Shown one piece after another: positions 10,739-18,607 of a DNA stretch of 64,000 nucleotides (position 1 is the first letter of the stretch; each line of letters opens with the position of its first letter). The stretch spans positions 7,456,001-7,520,000 of the forward strand of contig CBDCXR010000004.1 in NCBI GenBank assembly GCA_965223845.1, in the 5' to 3' direction. The translations under genes were made by a program, and so were the position numbers. Source of the stretch: Planctomycetota bacterium (lineage in GTDB: Bacteria; Planctomycetota; UBA8108; SXIK01). The notes beneath the pieces are model-generated. The model saw only the letters and a program-made list of their open reading frames with translations, had not been told where the DNA came from and made no database searches.

Positions 10739-11490
10739 CGCCCGCCGTCCTCCGCGCGCCACGGCTCGAGCGCGAATAACTGGCCGACGTCGCGGGTCGG
10801 GACGGGAGCCGGCGACGTAAACGCCTCGCCGTAGCGCACGCCGATCAGGCTGCCGAAGTGACGCAGTCGACCCTCGATCGCGCCGAGAAAATCGCGGTGA
10901 GCGATGCGCGTCGCCGGCTCGCTCGAGTCCTCGCGGTGGAGCTGCGAGGCAAAGCAGAGGAGCGCCTCCGTACGAGTCTCGTAGACGTCCGTGATGTCCT
11001 GGACGATGGTCGGAACGTCCGGCTGGCTCCCGACGTAGTGGAGGAGAGCGTGAGGGCGGTGAGGCTCACCCGCGCCCGGGTAGCGAACGATGCCCGCGAG
11101 ATAGAAACTGCGCGCGACGACCTCGCCGACCGCAGCGTGATCCGGGTGGTGATCGCGGATCGGCGGTGCGATGACGACGGCGGGACGGAGCGCGCGCAGC
11201 GCCTCGACGACGAGGCGGCGGGAGTCGTCGGTGTCGTGCAGATGGCCATCGGGGAGGCCGAGATTGACGCGGTCGCTGAGCCCGAGCACGCGCCCCGCCT
11301 TCGACGCTTCCTCCGCGCGGATCTCCGGCGTTCCGCGCGAGCCGAGCTCGCCGCGGGTGAATTCGACGATCGCCGCGCGGCGACCGGCGCGAACCGCGGC
11401 GGCGAGCGTTCCGCCGCAGTTGAGCTCGGCATCGTCTGGGTGCGCGACGAACGCGACGATGTCGCACGGAGTCGAGTCGGCGAACTTCAT
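10735..11490 (-). CDS. bshB1: Bacillithiol biosynthesis deacetylase (PIG-L family)
   Basis: AHPDDAEL.CGGT, TRGELGSRGT, DHHPDH, YGEAF; directly upstream of bshA. Confidence 0.93.
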   Translation of the reverse strand: MKFADSTPCDIVAFVAHPDDAELNCGGTLAAAVRAGRRAAIVEFTRGELGSRGTPEIRAEEASKAGRVLGLSDRVNLGLPDGHLHDTDDSRRLVVEALRALRPAVVIAPPIRDHHPDHAAVGEVVARSFYLAGIVRYPGAGEPHRPHALLHYVGSQPDVPTIVQDITDVYETRTEALLCFASQLHREDSSEPATRIAHRDFLGAIEGRLRHFGSLIGVRYGEAFTSPAPVPTRDVGQLFALEPWRAEDGGR

Positions 11491-11560
11491 ACGAGCGTAG
11501 GTATCAGCGGGCTAGGGGAAGGTGAACCGCGAGCGCGAGTGGCGTTCTCTTCGCGTTAGC

Positions 11561-13192
11561 TTATCTTTCCGCGCCGGGTTCGTCGGCCTCGAACCGAACG
11601 AACCAGTGGCGGACGGCGAGCGGCGATTCTACGAGTCGATCGAGCAATTCCTCGATCCATTCTCGCCCGTGCTTCGCCACGAAGTGGAGGAAGTTCCAGC
11701 GCCGTTCTTGAAGGACGCCGCCGGGAAACGTCGTTCGCCAGAGCTTCTCCGCCCGCGCGAGCTCGCTCTCTCGCCCCTTCGCCCACGCGCGCGCGTACTT
11801 TTCGCCGAAGGTTCGAATCTCCGCCGGAAGAGATGCGGATTTCGCACGGAGACGCCGCGCCTCGGGGAGCGCTTCCGGAAGCGTCGCGACGGCGCGATCG
11901 AGAGCCTCGCCGATCTCGCCGGCGAGCCGCACGATCTCCGCGCGCTCGGGGATCGACGCATCCGCGGTGAGAAGATCTTCCGGCGCCTCGGCGCGCGAGA
12001 GCACTTCGAGATCGATCGCCCTCGAGGTGCGTGCAGCGGCGCCGTCGAGGAGCGTCGCGCCGAGCCGGAGCGCGATGCGCGGCGTGTCGATGCCGAGGTG
12101 CTCGGCGAGCGGCGGGAGCTGCGTGAAGTAGCCGATCTCCGCTGGCCCTCCGACGGTGAGAACGCACGGCAGCGTAGCCTGCTGGACGAGAGGACGCAGG
12201 AGGGCGCCCGCGGAGAAGGCTTCGGGCTCGGACGCGAGTCGCTCGAGCAACTCGCGACCCGTCCGCTGGCCTTCGACGTCTAGTCCATCGATTCGGAATC
12301 CGTCCCCGGACGGCGAGAGATGATGGCGCGCTCCGTCCTCCACGACGAAGAGTGGAAACCGGCTCGAGACGATCGGGACGAGTCCGAGCTCTTCCGCTGA
12401 ACGCGCTCCGGCGACGACGGCGTTGAGTGTCGCGTCCGGCTCGCGGAGGACGCGTCCGACGACGGGTGCGGCCAGCGCGCGGAGCTGAACCGGATCGATG
12501 ACGAGAAGACCGGCGTCGCCGAGGAGCGAGCTGAGCACGGCGCCGAACCCGCCGGCGAGGCCTCGCGTCGCGTAGAGATCGACGAGCGCGCTCGCGTCGT
12601 CGCCGCAGCGTCGCTCTCGGAGCGCGTCCTTCACTCGTCCGAGCTCGCCGAGGGCGTCCGCCGTCATCGGATAGTCGGCGATCGGCCGGCGGTCGCTCGG
12701 CGTCGGAAACGAAAACACCGCTTCGCCGTCCGCGCCGCCCGGGAAGCGCGTCGTCCGGACCTCGTCCAAATCGTGATCGTCGCCCGCGACCCAGAACACC
12801 GGGACGCATGCGCGTCCGGTCGTCGTCGAGTACACGCGACTCGCGGCGATCGCGGTGAGTGCCTTGTAGAGCGAAAGGAGCGGCCCGCCCGCGAAACCCG
12901 GCTGCTGACCGGCGACGATCACTGCGGAGCCGGGGCGCGCGACGAGCTCGAGCGCAGAGTCCGTCGCCGCCGTTCGCGGCAAACTCCATGTCTCGTACGT
13001 GCGATCGAACGCGCCGCGGAGCGCGTCTCTTCCGGCGTCGGGCTCGTGCGGAGGGTCGTGCGGGACCGCGTGCGCACGCGGACAGCTCGGATCGAGGACG
13101 AACCAGCCTCCGCCTCGATCCGGTCGCCGCCGAGGACGGTAGCGCGGCGACTCGAACCAGTGGGGCGGAGTATTCGTGATCGAGAGTGTCAT
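11561..13192 (-). CDS. bshC: Bacillithiol biosynthesis cysteine-adding enzyme
   Basis: 543 aa; AGQQPGFAGGPL..LYKA, PVFWVAGDDHD..E, LRPL.Q..LP, GGPAEIGYF.QL, LQER. Confidence 0.92.
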   Translation of the reverse strand: MTLSITNTPPHWFESPRYRPRRRPDRGGGWFVLDPSCPRAHAVPHDPPHEPDAGRDALRGAFDRTYETWSLPRTAATDSALELVARPGSAVIVAGQQPGFAGGPLLSLYKALTAIAASRVYSTTTGRACVPVFWVAGDDHDLDEVRTTRFPGGADGEAVFSFPTPSDRRPIADYPMTADALGELGRVKDALRERRCGDDASALVDLYATRGLAGGFGAVLSSLLGDAGLLVIDPVQLRALAAPVVGRVLREPDATLNAVVAGARSAEELGLVPIVSSRFPLFVVEDGARHHLSPSGDGFRIDGLDVEGQRTGRELLERLASEPEAFSAGALLRPLVQQATLPCVLTVGGPAEIGYFTQLPPLAEHLGIDTPRIALRLGATLLDGAAARTSRAIDLEVLSRAEAPEDLLTADASIPERAEIVRLAGEIGEALDRAVATLPEALPEARRLRAKSASLPAEIRTFGEKYARAWAKGRESELARAEKLWRTTFPGGVLQERRWNFLHFVAKHGREWIEELLDRLVESPLAVRHWFVRFEADEPGAER

Positions 13193-13989
13193 CGGCGGTC
13201 GTTGTCCCGGTCGTATCGCCCGAGGACGATCATTCGCGGGCTCGTCGGCACGAACGGCTCGCCGGCGAAATCGCCGAGGAGGCGCGTGACCTCGAGAGAC
13301 GCGCGGCGGAGGATCGACGCGATCTCGTCCGGTGCGAAGAGTCGCACCGATTCCGTGTACGTCTGCGGCCTAGCGTCGGGTGGCTCGATCGTGACTCGCT
13401 TCTCCACGCGCCGCGTGGCGGGGGAGAAGGACCGCGTCTCGCGGATGAGCACGCCGTTTATTTTGCGCTCCGTTTCCGGCGCGAGCGTCGCGACGACGCG
13501 CGCCGCGTTCATGAGGTCGATGGCAAATCGTCCACCGGGCCTCAGAGCTCCGGCGAGCGCGCTCGCCGCGCGCACGTGATCGCCGTCGTCGACGAAGTAG
13601 CCAAAACTCGTGAAGAGGTTGAGGACGACGTCGAACGCGCGCCGAAACGGAAGTGCGCGCATGTCGCCGCGGACGACTCGCGGGCTCGTCGCATCGCCCT
13701 TCCGCGCCGCCGCGAGGAGGTCGCGAGAGAGGTCGAATCCGACCGCCGGGATGCTCCGGCGGGCGAGTGCGCGAAGATGTCGTCCGTCTCCGCAGCAGAG
13801 GTCGAGCACGCGGTCGCTCGGGCGCAGCTCGAGTTCGCGTACGAGGTGGGCGATCTCGGCGGCGGCGGCGCGATCGTCGCGCGCCGAGTAGACGAGGCGG
13901 TACGGTGAATCGAACGCGCGGCGGAACCAGTCCGTTGCCGCGGCGTCCGGGGGAGCGTCGGAGTTCGGGGGGCGCTGCTCAGTCGTCAT
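13189..13989 (-). CDS. Class I SAM-dependent methyltransferase, candidate bacillithiol N-methyltransferase (NmbA-like)
   Basis: VLDLCCGDGRH, GFDLS, GDMR, NLFTSFGYF, N-terminal WF..FD..Y..VY..RD; stop overlaps the bshC start (ATGA). Confidence 0.8.
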   Translation of the reverse strand: MTTEQRPPNSDAPPDAAATDWFRRAFDSPYRLVYSARDDRAAAAEIAHLVRELELRPSDRVLDLCCGDGRHLRALARRSIPAVGFDLSRDLLAAARKGDATSPRVVRGDMRALPFRRAFDVVLNLFTSFGYFVDDGDHVRAASALAGALRPGGRFAIDLMNAARVVATLAPETERKINGVLIRETRSFSPATRRVEKRVTIEPPDARPQTYTESVRLFAPDEIASILRRASLEVTRLLGDFAGEPFVPTSPRMIVLGRYDRDNDRR

Positions 13990-14145
13990 CGAACGTCATC
14001 GAACCAGTTCGGCCGGAGCGACTCGCGAGTGTACCGCATCGCCCGCGCGAACCGACGTCGATCCCCGCGTTCGGCGCGTCCCGCCTCCGCGGACGCCGCC
14101 CGCGCGCGGTCGGATCGGCCTTGACGAGTTCGGCGCGGTTCGATA

Positions 14146-14342
14146 AACCCGGGTTTTCTCACGGGATTCGGTGAGCGCAGCGGCGAGCCACCGTAGGTCG
14201 TGAAGAGCACCGGAAAGGTCGCCACCCTGATCCTCGATGCGCCGTGTGCAGGTCGCACACATCTCCGCTCAGAGCGGCGCCGCCGCCGTGTTCGATTGCG
14301 ATCCACGGCGGCGCAGTAGAATCTGGTGAGGAATCCGGGCCA
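14146..14342. mobile_element. MITE-like / REP-like element, copy 1
   Basis: Imperfect terminal inverted repeats CCCGGGTTTTCTCACGGGATTC ... GAATCTGGTGAGGAATCCGGG; homologous to 34435-34611; intergenic, no transposase. Confidence 0.7.
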
Positions 14343-14418
14343 GCCGCACGTTCGATTTCGCTTCGTTTTCGCGTCGCTCGACTCTCGCGCGATTGGGCTC
14401 GCGCGAGAAGGAGACTCC

Positions 14419-14712
14419 ATGGCACTCAGCATCAACTTTCCCGACAAGATCCTCGCCGGTGTGCACCAGTCGTACACGGTCACTTCCGATGAAGGCTCTC
14501 CCAGTGGAACGATCGACGTCGGCGGGCGCGAGCTCGACCACCGCCTCATCCGGCTGGGCCCGCCGAAGGACGCGGCCGAGAGCACGACGCCGGTGATGAA
14601 GTACAAGGTGACGTTTCTTCTGCCGGAGGACGCCGCCGGGAAATCGGTGCAGCTCAAGTTCCGGGCTGGGGTGTCCACCGTTGAAGAGTCGCGCGAAGTG
14701 ACGAGCGAGTAG
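14419..14712 (+). CDS. Small hypothetical protein, likely a single Ig-like beta-sandwich
   Basis: ATG at 14419 with GAAGGAGA RBS; 97 aa with an alternating beta-strand pattern (MALSINFPDK...YKVTFLLP...VQLKFRAG). Confidence 0.75.
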   Translation: MALSINFPDKILAGVHQSYTVTSDEGSPSGTIDVGGRELDHRLIRLGPPKDAAESTTPVMKYKVTFLLPEDAAGKSVQLKFRAGVSTVEESREVTSE

Positions 14713-14767
14713 CCCGCCGTACTCTCGCGCTCGCCGGTCGATAGGCCCCGCTATCTTTGGTGCACCG

Positions 14768-15946
14768 TTGAGCGAGCTTCTTCCCTTCGCCGTACGACCG
14801 TCTGAAGCCGACCTCGATTCGAGCGCCGACGCGGACGGAGTCGTGGAGACGGCCGTCGGCGACGACCCTGAGCTCGGCTTCCTCGTCTACCGGCACGACT
14901 ACCGCACGCGAAGCGGGATCCGCAAGAATCGCCTCGCGCTCATCGCCACGCTCGACGCTCGTGACCACGCCCAGATCCGCGTCGGTCTCGATCTCGATGC
15001 GAACGATCTCCACGCCGCGCTCGGCGCACTCGAGGGCGGCGTCCAGTGCGAGCCGGTGATTTCCGGGTTCGAAGATCTCCACTTCGAGGTCGAAAAGTTC
15101 ATCGAGAAGACCGGGCTCATGGAGGGCCCGCCGCTCGCCACCGTGCGTGGAACCGACGAGGACCGGCATCGCCTCTGGTGTCTCCGCGACCCGAAGGCGC
15201 TTCGCCGCATCACCGAGTTTTTTCGCGGCCGCGACGTCTACCTCCTCGGTGGTCTCGATACCTACCGCGCGATGTGGCGGCTGCGAGACCGCGAGGCGCC
15301 GGGAGGGAGCGACGACCGCGGCGAGGGCGTTTCGGTGTCCGGTGCGACGCACGCGCCGCTCGTAGCGCTCTTCAACCTCTTCGATTTCGGCGTCGCTCTC
15401 TCCGCACACCACGTTCTCGTGAAGGAGCTTCCTTCATTCGACATCAACGAGTTCGTCCTTCGCGTCTCGCCCTATTTTTCACTCAAGACGTTTCCGTTCG
15501 ATGCGGGAGTCTCGGTCTCGACCGCGCTCGCGAACTTTCGCGAGGAGCTGAGAGTCCTCGGATTCACGACGAACGCGGTGGGTGCGTATGTCGCCGGCGT
15601 CCCGCAGTTCTTCATCTTGCAGGCGCGCGAGGATGTCGATTCGTCGGAGCTCTTTCTTCCCGACGTTCAGCCCGACCAGCGGAAGTTCGACGCGTTTCTT
15701 CTTCGGCGAGTGCTCTTCGAGCGGTTTCTTCCCGTCGACCCGGAGCGAGAGTTCGAGTACGCCGAGACCGCCGAGGAGGCGGTCCACGCGGTCGAGTCGC
15801 GCGGATTCCGGGCGGCGTTCTTTCTGAACGCGCCGAACAAACGCCGCATGCTCGCGTATCTCCGCTCGGGGGCTCGTCTACCGCCGCGGAGCGTCGCGCT
15901 CGATCCGCCGGTTCCCGCGGGACTCCTCCGCCACACGTTCCGCTGA
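14768..15946 (+). CDS. DUF1015 family protein (divergent)
   Basis: Layout PF..VRP, LVYRHDY..R..LIA, RHRLW, HHVLV, AEEAVHAV..G.RAAFFLNAP, PPVPAGL matches DUF1015, but the DGHHR motif is replaced. Confidence 0.7.
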   Translation: MSELLPFAVRPSEADLDSSADADGVVETAVGDDPELGFLVYRHDYRTRSGIRKNRLALIATLDARDHAQIRVGLDLDANDLHAALGALEGGVQCEPVISGFEDLHFEVEKFIEKTGLMEGPPLATVRGTDEDRHRLWCLRDPKALRRITEFFRGRDVYLLGGLDTYRAMWRLRDREAPGGSDDRGEGVSVSGATHAPLVALFNLFDFGVALSAHHVLVKELPSFDINEFVLRVSPYFSLKTFPFDAGVSVSTALANFREELRVLGFTTNAVGAYVAGVPQFFILQAREDVDSSELFLPDVQPDQRKFDAFLLRRVLFERFLPVDPEREFEYAETAEEAVHAVESRGFRAAFFLNAPNKRRMLAYLRSGARLPPRSVALDPPVPAGLLRHTFR

Positions 15947-16135
15947 CGCGAGCGAGACCCGCCCCGGAGCGAAGCTCCGACCGGGAGTTTCGTTCCCGTG
16001 CCTTGAGGCGCGTTTCCGGGAGTTTCGTTCCGGTTCTGTCGACGGCGCGTCCTCGCAGCACGGCGTCGGGCAAACCGCGAGCGTGACCATGATCGTTCGT
16101 CCGATCCTCGCGTCCCGTTTTCGCCGAGCTCGAAC

Positions 16136-16657
16136 TCAGGAATTCGCGAACTGGGAGAGCGCGATCTTCGCGCTCACCCACTTCTGCAGATCGCCTTCGC
16201 TCGCGTCTCCACCCGAATCGATCGGATGGACGTAGACGGACGTCTTCCCGTCGAGCTCGACGGAGAAGTAGCTCGTCGTCTCGGGCGGCTGTGATCCGCG
16301 GAAGCGGGGAAGATCGAAGAGACCGGCCCCCGAGAGGGCGGCGACCAGTGCGCCGAATCGCTCCGGTGAGAGCACTTTCGGCTGCGGTCGCGACGTCATC
16401 GCGCGGAACTGCGGACGGCGATCGGCCCCCGTGTGAACCTGGACCGCGAAGTCCTTCGCTGGGTCGTCGGCGAGCTCGCGGCTCGTCGTGAAGATCAGCG
16501 TCGTTCCGCGTGTCCGCTGCTCGCTCCGCAGCATCCCGCCGGAAGTCGGCGCCTGACGAAAGACGAGCGTCCCCTCGCGTGGTCCGCTCCGCGGCGCAGA
16601 CGGCCCCCCGCAGCCGACGCATGCGGCGACGGCGAGAAGTGTCGCGAGCGTCCTCAG
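16136..16657 (-). CDS. Putative lipoprotein (start uncertain, possibly CTG)
   Basis: Lipobox-like LLAVAACVG-C followed by a globular region. The ORF-track version (to 17122) overlaps the PilZ gene and is probably over-extended. Confidence 0.6.
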   Translation of the reverse strand: MRTLATLLAVAACVGCGGPSAPRSGPREGTLVFRQAPTSGGMLRSEQRTRGTTLIFTTSRELADDPAKDFAVQVHTGADRRPQFRAMTSRPQPKVLSPERFGALVAALSGAGLFDLPRFRGSQPPETTSYFSVELDGKTSVYVHPIDSGGDASEGDLQKWVSAKIALSQFANS

Positions 16658-17052
16658 CGCTTCAGTTGCGCCTTGATGATGCACTTGAGGATCTCGTCCT
16701 GAGCGTCCTTCGAGATCTCTTGAAACTTGAGACCCATCGAGCACCGCTCGCTGCCCTTTTCGAATTTCTCGATCCACGAGACGTGCGTGAGTGCCTTGAT
16801 CGGCGCGTCCATGTACGGGAGCAGCATGTTCACCCCGAGTAGGATTTCGCCCATGAGCAGTCCGGGAATCCAGCTCAGACTCGGGACTTTTCCGGTCAGG
16901 AGAAGACCGTGGCTGCTCACATTGGACGTCGAGCCCTCGTAGATCCCCTCTACGTCGACCGCGACGGTGTGGCTCAGAAACTTGTAGCGCACGGGAATGG
17001 ACGCGTTCACTCGAACGAATTCGCGCTTTTCCGTTTCTTGCGTGTGCGTCAT
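16654..17052 (-). CDS. Stand-alone PilZ domain protein (c-di-GMP receptor)
   Basis: EKREFVR (RxxxR) and NVSSHG (N/DxSxxG), followed by MGLKF. Confidence 0.88.
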   Translation of the reverse strand: MTHTQETEKREFVRVNASIPVRYKFLSHTVAVDVEGIYEGSTSNVSSHGLLLTGKVPSLSWIPGLLMGEILLGVNMLLPYMDAPIKALTHVSWIEKFEKGSERCSMGLKFQEISKDAQDEILKCIIKAQLKR

Positions 17053-17347
17053 GGCAGAGGGACTCGCTCCGGTTGCGGGGTAGACGCCTAATACTTCGTA
17101 CCGGGGAGACCATTTTGTTCACCTTTCGAGCGAGGATCCTTCGGGCTCAGCATTCTCGTCCAGATTGTACTGCGCACGCGCCCGAGCGCGCATCGGGCAT
17201 CGGGAGCGTCGAGCCCGCGCGCGGGGGGAATATCTTCGGAAGATGATCTCTCCGGCGGGGGCGCGTCGGACGGATCCGATATTCCTCGCGTGCGCCGCAC
17301 GCTCGAGTCCCGATGGTTCGCTCTCGGCTCGAATTCCCGGCGGAGAT

Positions 17348-18316
17348 CTACTTCCGCCGGATCAGTACGTCGTCGCGGATTCCCAAGCGCGCGCGAGTGT
17401 CGCGGATTTCGCGGAGGAATCTGCGCGCATCGAGGGCGTAGCCGGCCGTGGGCTTCACGTCGCGGAGCTTCTCCGACCAGAACTCGTTGAAGAGGCGCAT
17501 GTGGAGCTCGCGGACGTACTTCGAGCTCATCGAGGCGAGGGACACAGCGAGCGAGGTCGCGTCGCTCTCCTTCGCGAAGCGGACACGGAAGGGCGCGTTT
17601 CCCGCGGGGTCTTCCCGTCGGGAGAGTCGGTAGACGGAGCAGTCGGCGTCCTGCGACTCGATGCGGATGCTCCGCGGATGGAGACCTTCGTAGAGAGAAG
17701 GGCCGTAGCGCATCCTTCCGCCTTGGCGGTCGATGACGACGTCGACCTCGTCGTTCGGGAACTGCTTCCAAAGTCGGCGGAGGAACCCCGCGATGACGGC
17801 GAACGACACGGTCGCTTTGTTCTTTCCGCTCGCGAGCGAGCGATTGAACTCGGCGACGTGGAGCGGCTCCGATGCGATGCCGACGAGTCGGATTCCCGCG
17901 CGTTCGCCAGCCGAGGCCAACGTGTCGCTGCGGGCGCGAATCACGCCGCGAAAGGTGTCGACGGGAAGCTCGGTGTCGCGGCCGGCGTACCACGGGTACC
18001 GGTCGAGAGTCTCGATGATCTTCTTGCCGGACACCTGATCGAGGAGACCGCGCAGCGTGCGCGGTATCGAGCGGTGTCGCCAGCGCAGGAACGGGAGCAC
18101 ACCCTCCTCGAGATCTCGGAGTCCCTTTCGGCGCTGATAGAGCTTCTTCGAATCGTCGACCGGCACGCGATGGCCGTCCGGCTTGCGGCAAACCGCCGGC
18201 GAGAGTGCGTTCCAGAGATCGTCTGGCTCGCGCTCGACGCGAAAGACCGCGATCGAGACGACGAGCGGCCCAAGAGTCGGACCGTAACCGGCTTCGTCGA
18301 TGCCAGCGAGGATCAT
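17348..18316 (-). CDS. rnhB: Ribonuclease HII-like protein (long form)
   Basis: MILAGIDEAGYGPTLGPLVV, DDSKKLY, DRQGGR, KESD..SLAVSLASMSSKYVRE, TAGY. Confidence 0.75.
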   Translation of the reverse strand: MILAGIDEAGYGPTLGPLVVSIAVFRVEREPDDLWNALSPAVCRKPDGHRVPVDDSKKLYQRRKGLRDLEEGVLPFLRWRHRSIPRTLRGLLDQVSGKKIIETLDRYPWYAGRDTELPVDTFRGVIRARSDTLASAGERAGIRLVGIASEPLHVAEFNRSLASGKNKATVSFAVIAGFLRRLWKQFPNDEVDVVIDRQGGRMRYGPSLYEGLHPRSIRIESQDADCSVYRLSRREDPAGNAPFRVRFAKESDATSLAVSLASMSSKYVRELHMRLFNEFWSEKLRDVKPTAGYALDARRFLREIRDTRARLGIRDDVLIRRK

Positions 18317-18607
18317 CGTGCGGCGGACAAGGAGGAGTAACGGGACCGGAACGCGGACGGGATTCACGGTTCTCGCTCACGCTCGGCCGCAACATTCGAC
18401 CGAGTTCGGCGTTTGATTTCAAACTCGAGCTGGCTCCCCCCGGGGGACGTTCGACTTCTGCGGCTTGTTCGGTCGGCCCGCTTCGCTCTCTGGGCTGGGA
18501 CTGTCAGCTCGGTATATAATCCCGAAGGCGTGAGCGGGAGTTCGTTCGCGCGCGGACGCGATCGGGGTTCGCCCGGTCGCAACTCCCTTCGAAGGCTGTA
18601 CATCCAC

